Assembly: GCA_963663385.2 (NCBI GenBank)
Contig: CAXXXD010000004.1
Coordinates: 224,001-288,000, forward strand
DNA length: 64,000 nucleotides
DNA from: Oceanispirochaeta sp.
Lineage (GTDB): Bacteria; Spirochaetota; Spirochaetia; DSM-2461
Direction: 5' to 3'
Shown one piece after another: positions 56,712 through 64,000 of this stretch (positions are counted from its first letter, which is position 1; each line of letters opens with the position of its first letter). Position numbers and translations under genes: made by a program. The notes below the pieces were generated by a model. The model was not told where the DNA came from, did no database searches, and saw only the letters and a program-made list of their open reading frames with translations.

Positions 56712-57416
56712 ATGAAAAGAATCTCAGCTCCTGAGCTATCCGACCCCGTTTCCTGTCCCTACCTTGAAAACCATTCCTACAGACAGGAGTATTTTCTGGG
56801 AGTAAAAGGGGATTCAGATAGTTTTCAGACTCTTCTTGATGCACGCTGGAGACGATTCGGGGTAGTATTTTTCAGGCCGGTCTGTCCTGATTGCCGCAAA
56901 TGTATCCCCATCAGGGTGGATGTAAAACGCTTTAAACCGTCAAGAAGCCAGAAAAGGGTACTGAGGAAGAACAGGAAGACGGTTGTCCGTTTTTCGAACC
57001 TTGTCTATAAACCGGAAATGTTCAGGATTTATGAAAAACACAGCCGGGTCAAATTTGATCAGTCTGTAACAGAGGAGGAGTTCTTCAGGAGTTTCTTTCA
57101 GCCTGCCGTTCCATCTTTTCAATCGGAGTTCTATGCGGATGATCAAATGATCGGGTTTGGTATCCTGGATATCGCTGCAACGGGTCTCAGTACGGTTTAT
57201 TTCGCCTATGATCCCGCCTTCAGTGTTTTGAGTCCGGGGACATTCAGTATTCTTGCAGAGATTGAGGAAACAGGAAAGCTGGGGCTGGACTACTATTACA
57301 GCGGTTATTATATCAGGGAGTGTTCCCGGATGGCCTATAAAGGGAAATTTCATCCCTATGAAATGCTGATTGATGGAACCTGGATTCCTGAAGAGTCCCC
57401 TGATAATCCTGTTTAG
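56712..57416 (+). CDS. Arginyl-tRNA-protein transferase family (Ate/Bpt-like)
   Basis: CPYL, WRRFG..FRPVCPDCRKC, FKPSRSQKR, STVYFAYDP, SPGTFSIL, GYYI..C.RMAYK. Confidence 0.9.
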   Translation: MKRISAPELSDPVSCPYLENHSYRQEYFLGVKGDSDSFQTLLDARWRRFGVVFFRPVCPDCRKCIPIRVDVKRFKPSRSQKRVLRKNRKTVVRFSNLVYKPEMFRIYEKHSRVKFDQSVTEEEFFRSFFQPAVPSFQSEFYADDQMIGFGILDIAATGLSTVYFAYDPAFSVLSPGTFSILAEIEETGKLGLDYYYSGYYIRECSRMAYKGKFHPYEMLIDGTWIPEESPDNPV

Positions 57417-58351
57417 AATACGGCGTAGGATGTTCCCAGAAAATACAAATAGAACAGGAGCAGAAGAACTCCTTCAAAGCGGTGTACCTTTTTATCCTGC
57501 AGGATAAAAATTCCTACAACCGTGGCGGCCAGAAAGAAGGGGAGAGTCTTCAGGGGAAAGTTCTCTGTTATTCTGAGGGGGCCGAAGAAGGCGCTTATTC
57601 CCATAACCGCAAAGGTATTGAATATATTCGAACCGATCACATTCCCTACAGCCATCTCTCCCTTGCCTTTTCTGGCTGCCTGAACGGATACCATCACTTC
57701 CGGCAGGGATGTTCCCAGAGCCACAGCCGTTAGGGCGATTATATCTGTTCCGATCCCGACAATTTCGGAAATCCTTACAACTGAACGAACCGTAATATCC
57801 GCCCCAAAGGTAATTCCGACAGGGCAGAGTACAAGGATAATCCATGGTTTGATCCCCAGTTTCCCCTTGTCCTCTTCTTCGCTCAGCTGTTCCGAAATCG
57901 AGCCGCTTTTTATGGAACGGTACAGGTAGAGGGCCAATCCCGACAGACAGATAACCGCTTCTGCCGTAGTGAAGTTTCTGTCGTAGGTCATAAGGGACAG
58001 GAGGATGGCCGAACTTACCAGGAAGGGCAGGTCCATTTTGAAAATATCATGTTCAATTGTGTAGGAGCTGGCAAAAAGGGCGCTTACTCCCAGTACCAGA
58101 AAGATGTTTGTAATATTGGAGCCCACCACATTGGATATGACAATCTCCGAATTCCCGGCTATTACGGCAACAACGGATGACGCCAGTTCGGGAAGAGATG
58201 TTCCGAAACCAATGATAACCACGCCGATGATAAATCCCGGGAGATTGAAGTGTACTCCTATTGTTTCCGCCGAATCTATAAACCAGTCCGAGCTGTAACT
58301 CAGCAGCATCAGTCCTGCGGCAAGCGCCAGAAACCATAGTAAAAGTAACAT
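57413..58351 (-). CDS. Calcium/sodium antiporter (CaCA, YrbG-like)
   Basis: Two alpha repeats: GTSLPE..NVVGSNITN and GTSLPE..GNVIGSNIFN. Confidence 0.95.
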   Translation of the reverse strand: MLLLLWFLALAAGLMLLSYSSDWFIDSAETIGVHFNLPGFIIGVVIIGFGTSLPELASSVVAVIAGNSEIVISNVVGSNITNIFLVLGVSALFASSYTIEHDIFKMDLPFLVSSAILLSLMTYDRNFTTAEAVICLSGLALYLYRSIKSGSISEQLSEEEDKGKLGIKPWIILVLCPVGITFGADITVRSVVRISEIVGIGTDIIALTAVALGTSLPEVMVSVQAARKGKGEMAVGNVIGSNIFNTFAVMGISAFFGPLRITENFPLKTLPFFLAATVVGIFILQDKKVHRFEGVLLLLFYLYFLGTSYAVF

Positions 58352-58490
58352 CTTTTCCCTCTCTGAGTAATCTGGAAGAATCATACTCCTTCCCCGGTAA
58401 ATGGGGAATCCGTTCCGGAGGGTTTTTGAAAATATTCTATAAAAGGGGTTGATTTCCCCACGTATTTTGTATATAAATACCTTCGTAATT

Positions 58491-58562
58491 GCGAAAGTAG
58501 CTCAGTGGTAGAGCTCCACCTTGCCAAGGTGGATGTCGCGGGTTCAAGTCCCGTCTTTCGCT
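58491..58562 (+). tRNA. tRNA-Gly(GCC)
   Basis: GCGAAAGTAGCTCAGTGGTAGAGC..CCACC-TT-GCC-AA-GGTGG..GGTTCAAGTCC..CTTTCGCT; no encoded CCA. Confidence 0.97.
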
Positions 58563-58568
58563 TAAAGC

Positions 58569-58601
58569 AAAGGCTGAATCTCTGATTCAGTCTTTTTTTT
58601 T
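58569..58601 (+). terminator. Intrinsic terminator after tRNA-Gly
   Basis: AAAGGCTGAATC..GATTCAGTCTTT followed by a T run. Confidence 0.8.
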
Positions 58602-58773
58602 ATAATCGTGGGACTTGAAACCATTCCTACCGTTAAATAAAGAAAGTTTCCAAAACTCAGGAAATCGATCTCTTTGTTATTAAATAGGAGATGGATGTTT
58701 ACTATATTTTCCTTGCTGACTGCTGTTTTCTCTGGTAAAATGTACTTTTATTTTATTGAGGGTTATCCATAGC

Positions 58774-60627
58774 ATGTCCAGTTCAAAAATTTTACCCAGG
58801 ATTGCCTATTTGCTGATTCTGAGTATCTTCCTTCTTGTCGGGACAATATTCCTCTCCATGCACCTTTCCATAAGAACGCTCCCTCAGGCAAAGCACGGTA
58901 TTCTGGATTTAAGGTCTTTGAGTATGGACTCTGATCCGGTAATTCCTCTCAATGGCGAGTGGCTTTATTATCCCGGCAGACTGGATCAGAATGATGATCG
59001 CCCCCTATCAAGCAGCAAGGGAGAGACTTTTTCTGTCCCGAATTTCTGGAGCTCTCCTTCCCTGCCGAAAGAGAACCGTTTCGGATACGGGGTATTTCGT
59101 CTCCGGATCCTCCTGCCGGATGAGTGTAAAAGTTTTGCCATCAAACTGAAGAATATTACGCCCAACTATGAACTTTGGATAAATGATGAATTTATTACAG
59201 GGGCAGGAGTTGTAAGTCCTGACAGAACGGAATCCAGACCCGGGAATAAAACGTATCTGACTACCGTTCCCTGTCCCGGGTCAGTCGCTAATATCTCTGT
59301 CAATATATCTAACTACCATAATATTTCTGCCGGAATAAACCGTGAAATCCTGATAGGGGAGTTTCAGGCTCTCTCCAGGATACATATACGTTCCATAATT
59401 CTGGAAGCCCTGACTCTGGGCGCAATTGCGGTTATTTCTCTCTATACCCTATCTGTTTTTATGCTGGATTCCAGAAAGATGGATACCCTGTTTTTAAGCA
59501 TTCTCTGTTTCAGCTCTCTTTTGTTTGCAGGACTGAAAAATGAAATGCTTCTGCTCCATTTCTTCCCTTTCCTCGAGGGAGAAGTTCGGTCAAAAATCAT
59601 ATTTCTGATACTGAATAATATGGGCGGTTTGATATTTTTCTACTTTCGGTCGCTCTATCAAAACTGTTTTTCATCGGCAGGAAGCAGATATTTTATTTTT
59701 TATATGAGTTTGAGTTCCCTTATTGTTCTTCTTTTTCCCATGCATATTCACAGCATGCTGGTTTTGCCCATGGAACTCTTTGTAGCCGCTTCCATAGTTA
59801 TAGTCCTGGCAATAGTCATTTTAAAGACCAGAAGGGAACAGATAGAACAGAATATCCTTACTCAGGTTGTCGTTATGCTGGTATTTATAAGCCTGATAGT
59901 CGGTATTCTGGATGATATTTCCTATATCCAGTTCAACTCAATCAGCCTGGTGTTCCTGCTTATACTCCTTGGCATTATCCTGCTGAGAGCCAGAGAATAC
60001 TCCCTTAATATCGGTCAGATGGAGGATCTGGAGGATTCCCGTGAGACACTGGCCAGGATCAATCAGGAACTGCTGGCCATTTCCCAACTGGACAGTCTGA
60101 CCGGAATCGCCAACAGGCGTCGTTTTGATCAGCAGCTTCTGGCTCTCTGGCAGACTGAAAAGTATACCGGAAAATCAGTAGGGCTTATCATGATCGATAT
60201 AGACTACTTTAAAAACTATAACGATTATTACGGGCATCAGAAAGGAGATGCCTGTCTTGTCAGGGTTGTCAACGGTTTAAAGAATGCCCTTCATCGCCAG
60301 AATGACTTCCTGGCCCGGTACGGAGGAGAGGAGTTTGCCGTAGTTCTCTCGGATCTGGATGGAGACGGGGTCTACAGGGTGGCAGAGAATCTGCGGAGGA
60401 ATGTTTATAACCTTGGCATTCAGCACGAAGCCTCCTCCTGTGCCCCGATTGTAACTATCAGTGTAGGGTGTGCCGTTCTGCAGGCCGGGATTGAGAGTAC
60501 ATTGACCGAATTGATATCCCAGGCCGATAAGGCTTTGTATCAGGCAAAGGCGCTCGGTCGCAATCAGGTTTGCATGGATTCGGAAATCTCTGAATTCGCT
60601 TTCCCGGACGAACTTTCCTTCGGTTAA
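58774..60627 (+). CDS. 7TM-DISM-type membrane sensor diguanylate cyclase
   Basis: Extracellular domain (GILDLR, LNGEWLYY, VPNFW, GYGVFRLRI), about 7 TM segments, DSLTG, DIDYFKNYND, RQND I-site, GGEEF. Confidence 0.9.
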   Translation: MSSSKILPRIAYLLILSIFLLVGTIFLSMHLSIRTLPQAKHGILDLRSLSMDSDPVIPLNGEWLYYPGRLDQNDDRPLSSSKGETFSVPNFWSSPSLPKENRFGYGVFRLRILLPDECKSFAIKLKNITPNYELWINDEFITGAGVVSPDRTESRPGNKTYLTTVPCPGSVANISVNISNYHNISAGINREILIGEFQALSRIHIRSIILEALTLGAIAVISLYTLSVFMLDSRKMDTLFLSILCFSSLLFAGLKNEMLLLHFFPFLEGEVRSKIIFLILNNMGGLIFFYFRSLYQNCFSSAGSRYFIFYMSLSSLIVLLFPMHIHSMLVLPMELFVAASIVIVLAIVILKTRREQIEQNILTQVVVMLVFISLIVGILDDISYIQFNSISLVFLLILLGIILLRAREYSLNIGQMEDLEDSRETLARINQELLAISQLDSLTGIANRRRFDQQLLALWQTEKYTGKSVGLIMIDIDYFKNYNDYYGHQKGDACLVRVVNGLKNALHRQNDFLARYGGEEFAVVLSDLDGDGVYRVAENLRRNVYNLGIQHEASSCAPIVTISVGCAVLQAGIESTLTELISQADKALYQAKALGRNQVCMDSEISEFAFPDELSFG

Positions 60628-60727
60628 ACCTCCTGTCTCAGCGGTACCTTAACTTCGATCCTCGAGCGTAGTCGAGAGGGGGAAGGATATTGCTGTTATA
60701 TATAGTCTCTGATATTCTCAAACGCAT

Positions 60728-61621
60728 ATGAATAATATCAGAAAATCAGAGTTAATGCTTGTTTATATAACCGTTATCTGGGGGGGAACCTTTGTCTCAA
60801 TCAAAGCGGCCCTATCCTATACATCGCCTCTTCTGCTTATGGCTGTAAGGTTCTTTACTGCCTTTCTGTTTTTTATCCTTATCAACAGGATTAATATTCT
60901 GAAAATCAGCAGGAAGGGGGTGCTGTATGGTTCTCTTCTGGGGCTTCTGATGTTTCTGGGGTACGGGCTTCAGACGATAGGTCTTAACTTTACATCTGCC
61001 AGCCGTTCCGGATTTATTACCTATTTTTACGCTCTCCTCACCCCGTTTTTTCAGTTTCTCATCCTGAAGAGAAAACCCTTCTGGGGGAATCTTGCCGGTT
61101 TGTCCCTGGCGTTTGCCGGTTTGTACCTGATTACCGGGGGAATGGGAAAAGGGGAGCTTAACCTGGGGGATGGGATTACGCTCCTCAGCGCTGTGGCGTT
61201 CAGTCTCTATATTGTTTGTCTCAATCTGCTGAGCCGGAATGAGAATTCCGAAAATCTGACAACTGTTCAGCTCCTTGTTACGTCCATTCTTGCGGTTCTC
61301 CTGATGCCTGTCTTTGAAGAGCCTTTTATAATCCACTCCTTTGTCCTCTGGGGAAACATCCTTTTTCTCAGCCTTCTGGGAAGTGTCGTAGCCGTCTATG
61401 TTATGACCCGCTATCAGAATGCCGTATCCCCTACCCGGGCTGCCATTCTCTACTCTCTGGAACCGGTTTTCTCGGCATTCCTGGCGGTCTGGATCCTCAA
61501 GGAGGTTTTCGGTTCCTCTCAAATCCTGGGTGCTGTATTAATTCTGGGGGGGGTATTATTTTCAGAGGTTCTGGAAATCAGGCGCAGTACAGGGGAAGCC
61601 GTCCTAAATCCGGTTGACTGA
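60728..61621 (+). CDS. DMT/EamA family transporter
   Basis: IWGGTF, AVRF, QTIGL.FTSASRSGFI, LYSLEPVF; about 10 TM segments. Confidence 0.93.
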   Translation: MNNIRKSELMLVYITVIWGGTFVSIKAALSYTSPLLLMAVRFFTAFLFFILINRINILKISRKGVLYGSLLGLLMFLGYGLQTIGLNFTSASRSGFITYFYALLTPFFQFLILKRKPFWGNLAGLSLAFAGLYLITGGMGKGELNLGDGITLLSAVAFSLYIVCLNLLSRNENSENLTTVQLLVTSILAVLLMPVFEEPFIIHSFVLWGNILFLSLLGSVVAVYVMTRYQNAVSPTRAAILYSLEPVFSAFLAVWILKEVFGSSQILGAVLILGGVLFSEVLEIRRSTGEAVLNPVD

Positions 61622-61639
61622 TTCGCCGATAGTTGAAGT

Positions 61640-63214
61640 GTGGAATCATCATTATTGAGAACATACCATGCGGATCTCTCTCGTCATCCCCTTTTCAGAG
61701 GGCTTTCTTCCGGAGAATTTGAGATACTCCGGCGGTATTATCAGATCATCCGGATTCCCGGGTGTTCGGATTTTATCTATCCCGGTGATGCAATGGATTC
61801 GCTCCATGTTGTACTGAAAGGGCAGGCCCTGTCAGAAAAGAAACGGTATTACCCCGGTGACTTCTGGGGACTGGAGCATCTTCTCAAACCGGAATCCTGC
61901 GTCCACAGTTTTTCAGGCAAAGATGATCTTGTCGTGTTCCGTTTAAAATCGGAAAACTTTCGACGGATGCTGAAATCCCATCCCAAATTATCCAGGCACT
62001 TCCGTCCCCGCAGGGATGATGAGGATCTGCTTGTGGAAGGACTCCCGAGGGATAACTGGAAATCGGTAAAGCGGTTCACCTCCCTGCAGGAACGGAAAGG
62101 AACCCTCATCCACTATAAAAGCCGTACCAGTAAAAAGTCCTTTTCCTTTTCCCTTCTTATTCCGGCAGGGATCCTGCTGGCAGGAATAATCCTATCCGAA
62201 CTGAATGGATGGTTTCTGCTCCTGCTCCCTCTGGGACTGGCGATTCTCGGAGGAGAATGTTTTTTCAGGAATCTGACACTATACAAAGTAAGCGACAGGG
62301 CGGTAATAAAACGCTTTTTTAATTTCAGAACTTTCCGGCAGGATCAGGAGATTATTCCCATTGACCAGATTCAGACTGTGACAATCAGTACGAAGGGACT
62401 GGTTTCCAAGCTGCTCAGAATAGGCGATCTTCATGTCCAGACGGCCGGTAAGGGCATTCAGTTTCTCCGGATAGATTCTCCGGCCAGGCTTCAGATCAAA
62501 CTGATGGAGCTGAAGAAAAGAGCTGTAACAGAGGAGCATGGAAGGGAAAGGGATGCCCTTCGAGAGCTGGTCGGCAGCCGCTTTACCCCCGAAACGGCGA
62601 ATGAGGTCCTGTATTCGGGAGATCTCTCGTCCCCGGAGCAGGAGACTCTCTCGAATAAACAGGTATTCAGAAAAAGTCCGTTTATTCTGATGGGGCAGTT
62701 GTTCCCGCCGCTGGTCCTAACCTCGGTTTTCATCGCAGCATCCTGCCTCCTGGCAGAGGAGCTTGCCTCCTATTGGAGAATAGCCCTGGCGGGAGGGGGG
62801 ATAGCAGGAGTGATAAGAGCTGCCTGGCTGACTGCGGACTGGTGGAATGATATTTATATGATTAATTTCCCCCATATCTGGGATATTGAACGGAAGCCCC
62901 TGGGGAAGGAAGATGTGAGAAAGCAGACGGAACTCGGCCTGATCCTGAATGTTACAGCCAGTCAGAAGGGACTGTTTTCATTGATTTTCAACTATGGAAA
63001 TGTTCTGATTGAAACCGCCGGCAGGGGAGAGCCCCTGGTCTTCTACTCAGTCAGGAATCCATTTTCCGTGCAGAACGAACTGCTTCGGTACAGGGATTAC
63101 TCATTGAGAATACAAGAGACCCGGAGGCGGGCTCAGGCACGGGAAGATTTGATGGAATTCACCGAAATACTGGATCAGGCCCGCAGCAGAAAAGATACAG
63201 GGAGTCGAATATGA
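61640..63214 (+). CDS. Membrane protein with a degenerate cNMP-binding domain and two bacterial PH (bPH_2)-like domains
   Basis: PLFRGLS..YPGD..LHVVLKG..PGDFWG; TM pairs followed by IPIDQIQTV..LRIGDLHVQTAG and ILNV..IFNYGNVLIETAG. Confidence 0.75.
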   Translation: MESSLLRTYHADLSRHPLFRGLSSGEFEILRRYYQIIRIPGCSDFIYPGDAMDSLHVVLKGQALSEKKRYYPGDFWGLEHLLKPESCVHSFSGKDDLVVFRLKSENFRRMLKSHPKLSRHFRPRRDDEDLLVEGLPRDNWKSVKRFTSLQERKGTLIHYKSRTSKKSFSFSLLIPAGILLAGIILSELNGWFLLLLPLGLAILGGECFFRNLTLYKVSDRAVIKRFFNFRTFRQDQEIIPIDQIQTVTISTKGLVSKLLRIGDLHVQTAGKGIQFLRIDSPARLQIKLMELKKRAVTEEHGRERDALRELVGSRFTPETANEVLYSGDLSSPEQETLSNKQVFRKSPFILMGQLFPPLVLTSVFIAASCLLAEELASYWRIALAGGGIAGVIRAAWLTADWWNDIYMINFPHIWDIERKPLGKEDVRKQTELGLILNVTASQKGLFSLIFNYGNVLIETAGRGEPLVFYSVRNPFSVQNELLRYRDYSLRIQETRRRAQAREDLMEFTEILDQARSRKDTGSRI

Positions 63215-64000
63215 GAAGTAATAGTATAAAGATTGGAATCATCCTGGCCGTATGGACGATCGGTTCTATCCACTCCCTCTGGAGTGAGGAGATATCCTAC
63301 TTCCGGAAAATACGGATTGACCAGAGTGAGAGAATTCACGGAGAGTATCCTCTGGCCGAGAAGGATGCGGATAAGGTGAACTCCTATAAGGTTTTTACCA
63401 TGGACGATGGCCGGATCAGCAGGATCGAATATCACCGGAGCGGGACTTCTCTGGCGGATCCTCTTCTGGGCGTGCCGGTGATTAAATTCACCTACAATGG
63501 CTCCTATGTCAGGCGGACTTTTCTGGATTCCCGGGGGAAGGAAGTTCCCGATGATCAGGGCATCTATTCTGTACGGTTGAAAAAGAACAGTTCCGGTGCC
63601 GTCACCGCCTCTTTTCATTACGACCGCTACGGGAACCTGATGGCGGACCGGAACGGAATCGCCTCCATTATGTGGGATGTGGATAAAAACAACAGGAAGG
63701 TTTCCGCCCTCTTTTTCGATCCCAAAGGAAACCGGGTAGCCAACGGAAAAGGGGTTTACGAGTTGAAATACCTCTATGACGACAGGGGTAACCTCTCTAT
63801 GGTTATGGAGCTGGATGAACGGGGCGTTCCCGTTGAGGGACCGGCAGCGGTGCGGCGGGAGTGGGACGAAAAAGGCAACCTTGTCCGCGAGAGCTGGCTG
63901 AACAGCAGGGAAGAGCCTGTTCTGAACCCGGAGGGGGTTTCTTCCATCGCCTATCACTGGGATGATAGCGGGAATAAACTCCTCCGGGTGAATTTTGACG
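63211..64000 (+). CDS. Secreted YD/Rhs-repeat-like protein, 3' truncated by the window edge
   Basis: Hand translation from ATG 63211 is open to the end: signal-like MRSNSIKIGIILAVWTIGSIHSLWS, then YDRYGN, FDPKGN, YDDRGN, WDEKGN, WDDSGN. ATGA overlap with the upstream gene. Confidence 0.85.
   Translation, partial: MRSNSIKIGIILAVWTIGSIHSLWSEEISYFRKIRIDQSERIHGEYPLAEKDADKVNSYKVFTMDDGRISRIEYHRSGTSLADPLLGVPVIKFTYNGSYVRRTFLDSRGKEVPDDQGIYSVRLKKNSSGAVTASFHYDRYGNLMADRNGIASIMWDVDKNNRKVSALFFDPKGNRVANGKGVYELKYLYDDRGNLSMVMELDERGVPVEGPAAVRREWDEKGNLVRESWLNSREEPVLNPEGVSSIAYHWDDSGNKLLRVNFD

Noticed and set aside
26700..58750. tRNA-anchored genomic islands at the three tRNA genes
   Set aside because: I saw no integrase and no duplicated tRNA 3' end; each tRNA is followed by a plain terminator.
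63175..63957. 260-aa minus-strand ORF
   Set aside because: Antisense shadow of the + strand YD-repeat gene, with no motifs.
1..64000. CRISPR array, IS elements, prophage or defence island
   Set aside because: No regularly spaced repeats, or transposase, integrase, phage or cas genes were recognised. The WYL gene is paired with a GyrI-like gene, not with defence genes.

Overview
Bacterial chromosomal window, most likely from an anaerobic free-living spirochaete (Spirochaetaceae-like). That placement is inferred from gene content and the rsmI-flgM-Fe-ADH-like-TrmH order, not from a search. It holds about 55 CDS and three tRNA genes (Ser-CGA, Ala-GGC, Gly-GCC). I saw no CRISPR array, transposase or integrase. 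The first 26 kb contains three catabolic modules: (i) a probable D-apiose-type cluster (sugar ABC transporter, FucI-family isomerase, split transketolase, FGGY kinase); (ii) a DeoR/GlpR-like regulon that links an orphan, motif-altered mevalonate-kinase-like GHMP kinase and a DHH phosphoesterase to an Ugp-like ABC importer and a glycerophosphodiesterase through shared operator palindromes; (iii) a glycyl-radical enzyme operon with a non-canonical Gly loop (RIHGT) and a sedoheptulokinase-like kinase. The rest is housekeeping and signalling genes. The most striking find is 33100-34605, an HD-GYP phosphodiesterase fused to an S1-S4 voltage-sensor-like domain with a seven-arginine S4, a candidate membrane-potential-regulated c-di-GMP phosphodiesterase. 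Other signals are many apparently leaderless genes, a T9 homopolymer frameshift at the start of a DUF58 gene, and a secreted YD-repeat gene at the right edge that the ORF track misses. All assignments come from motif recognition by eye; no database searches were run.
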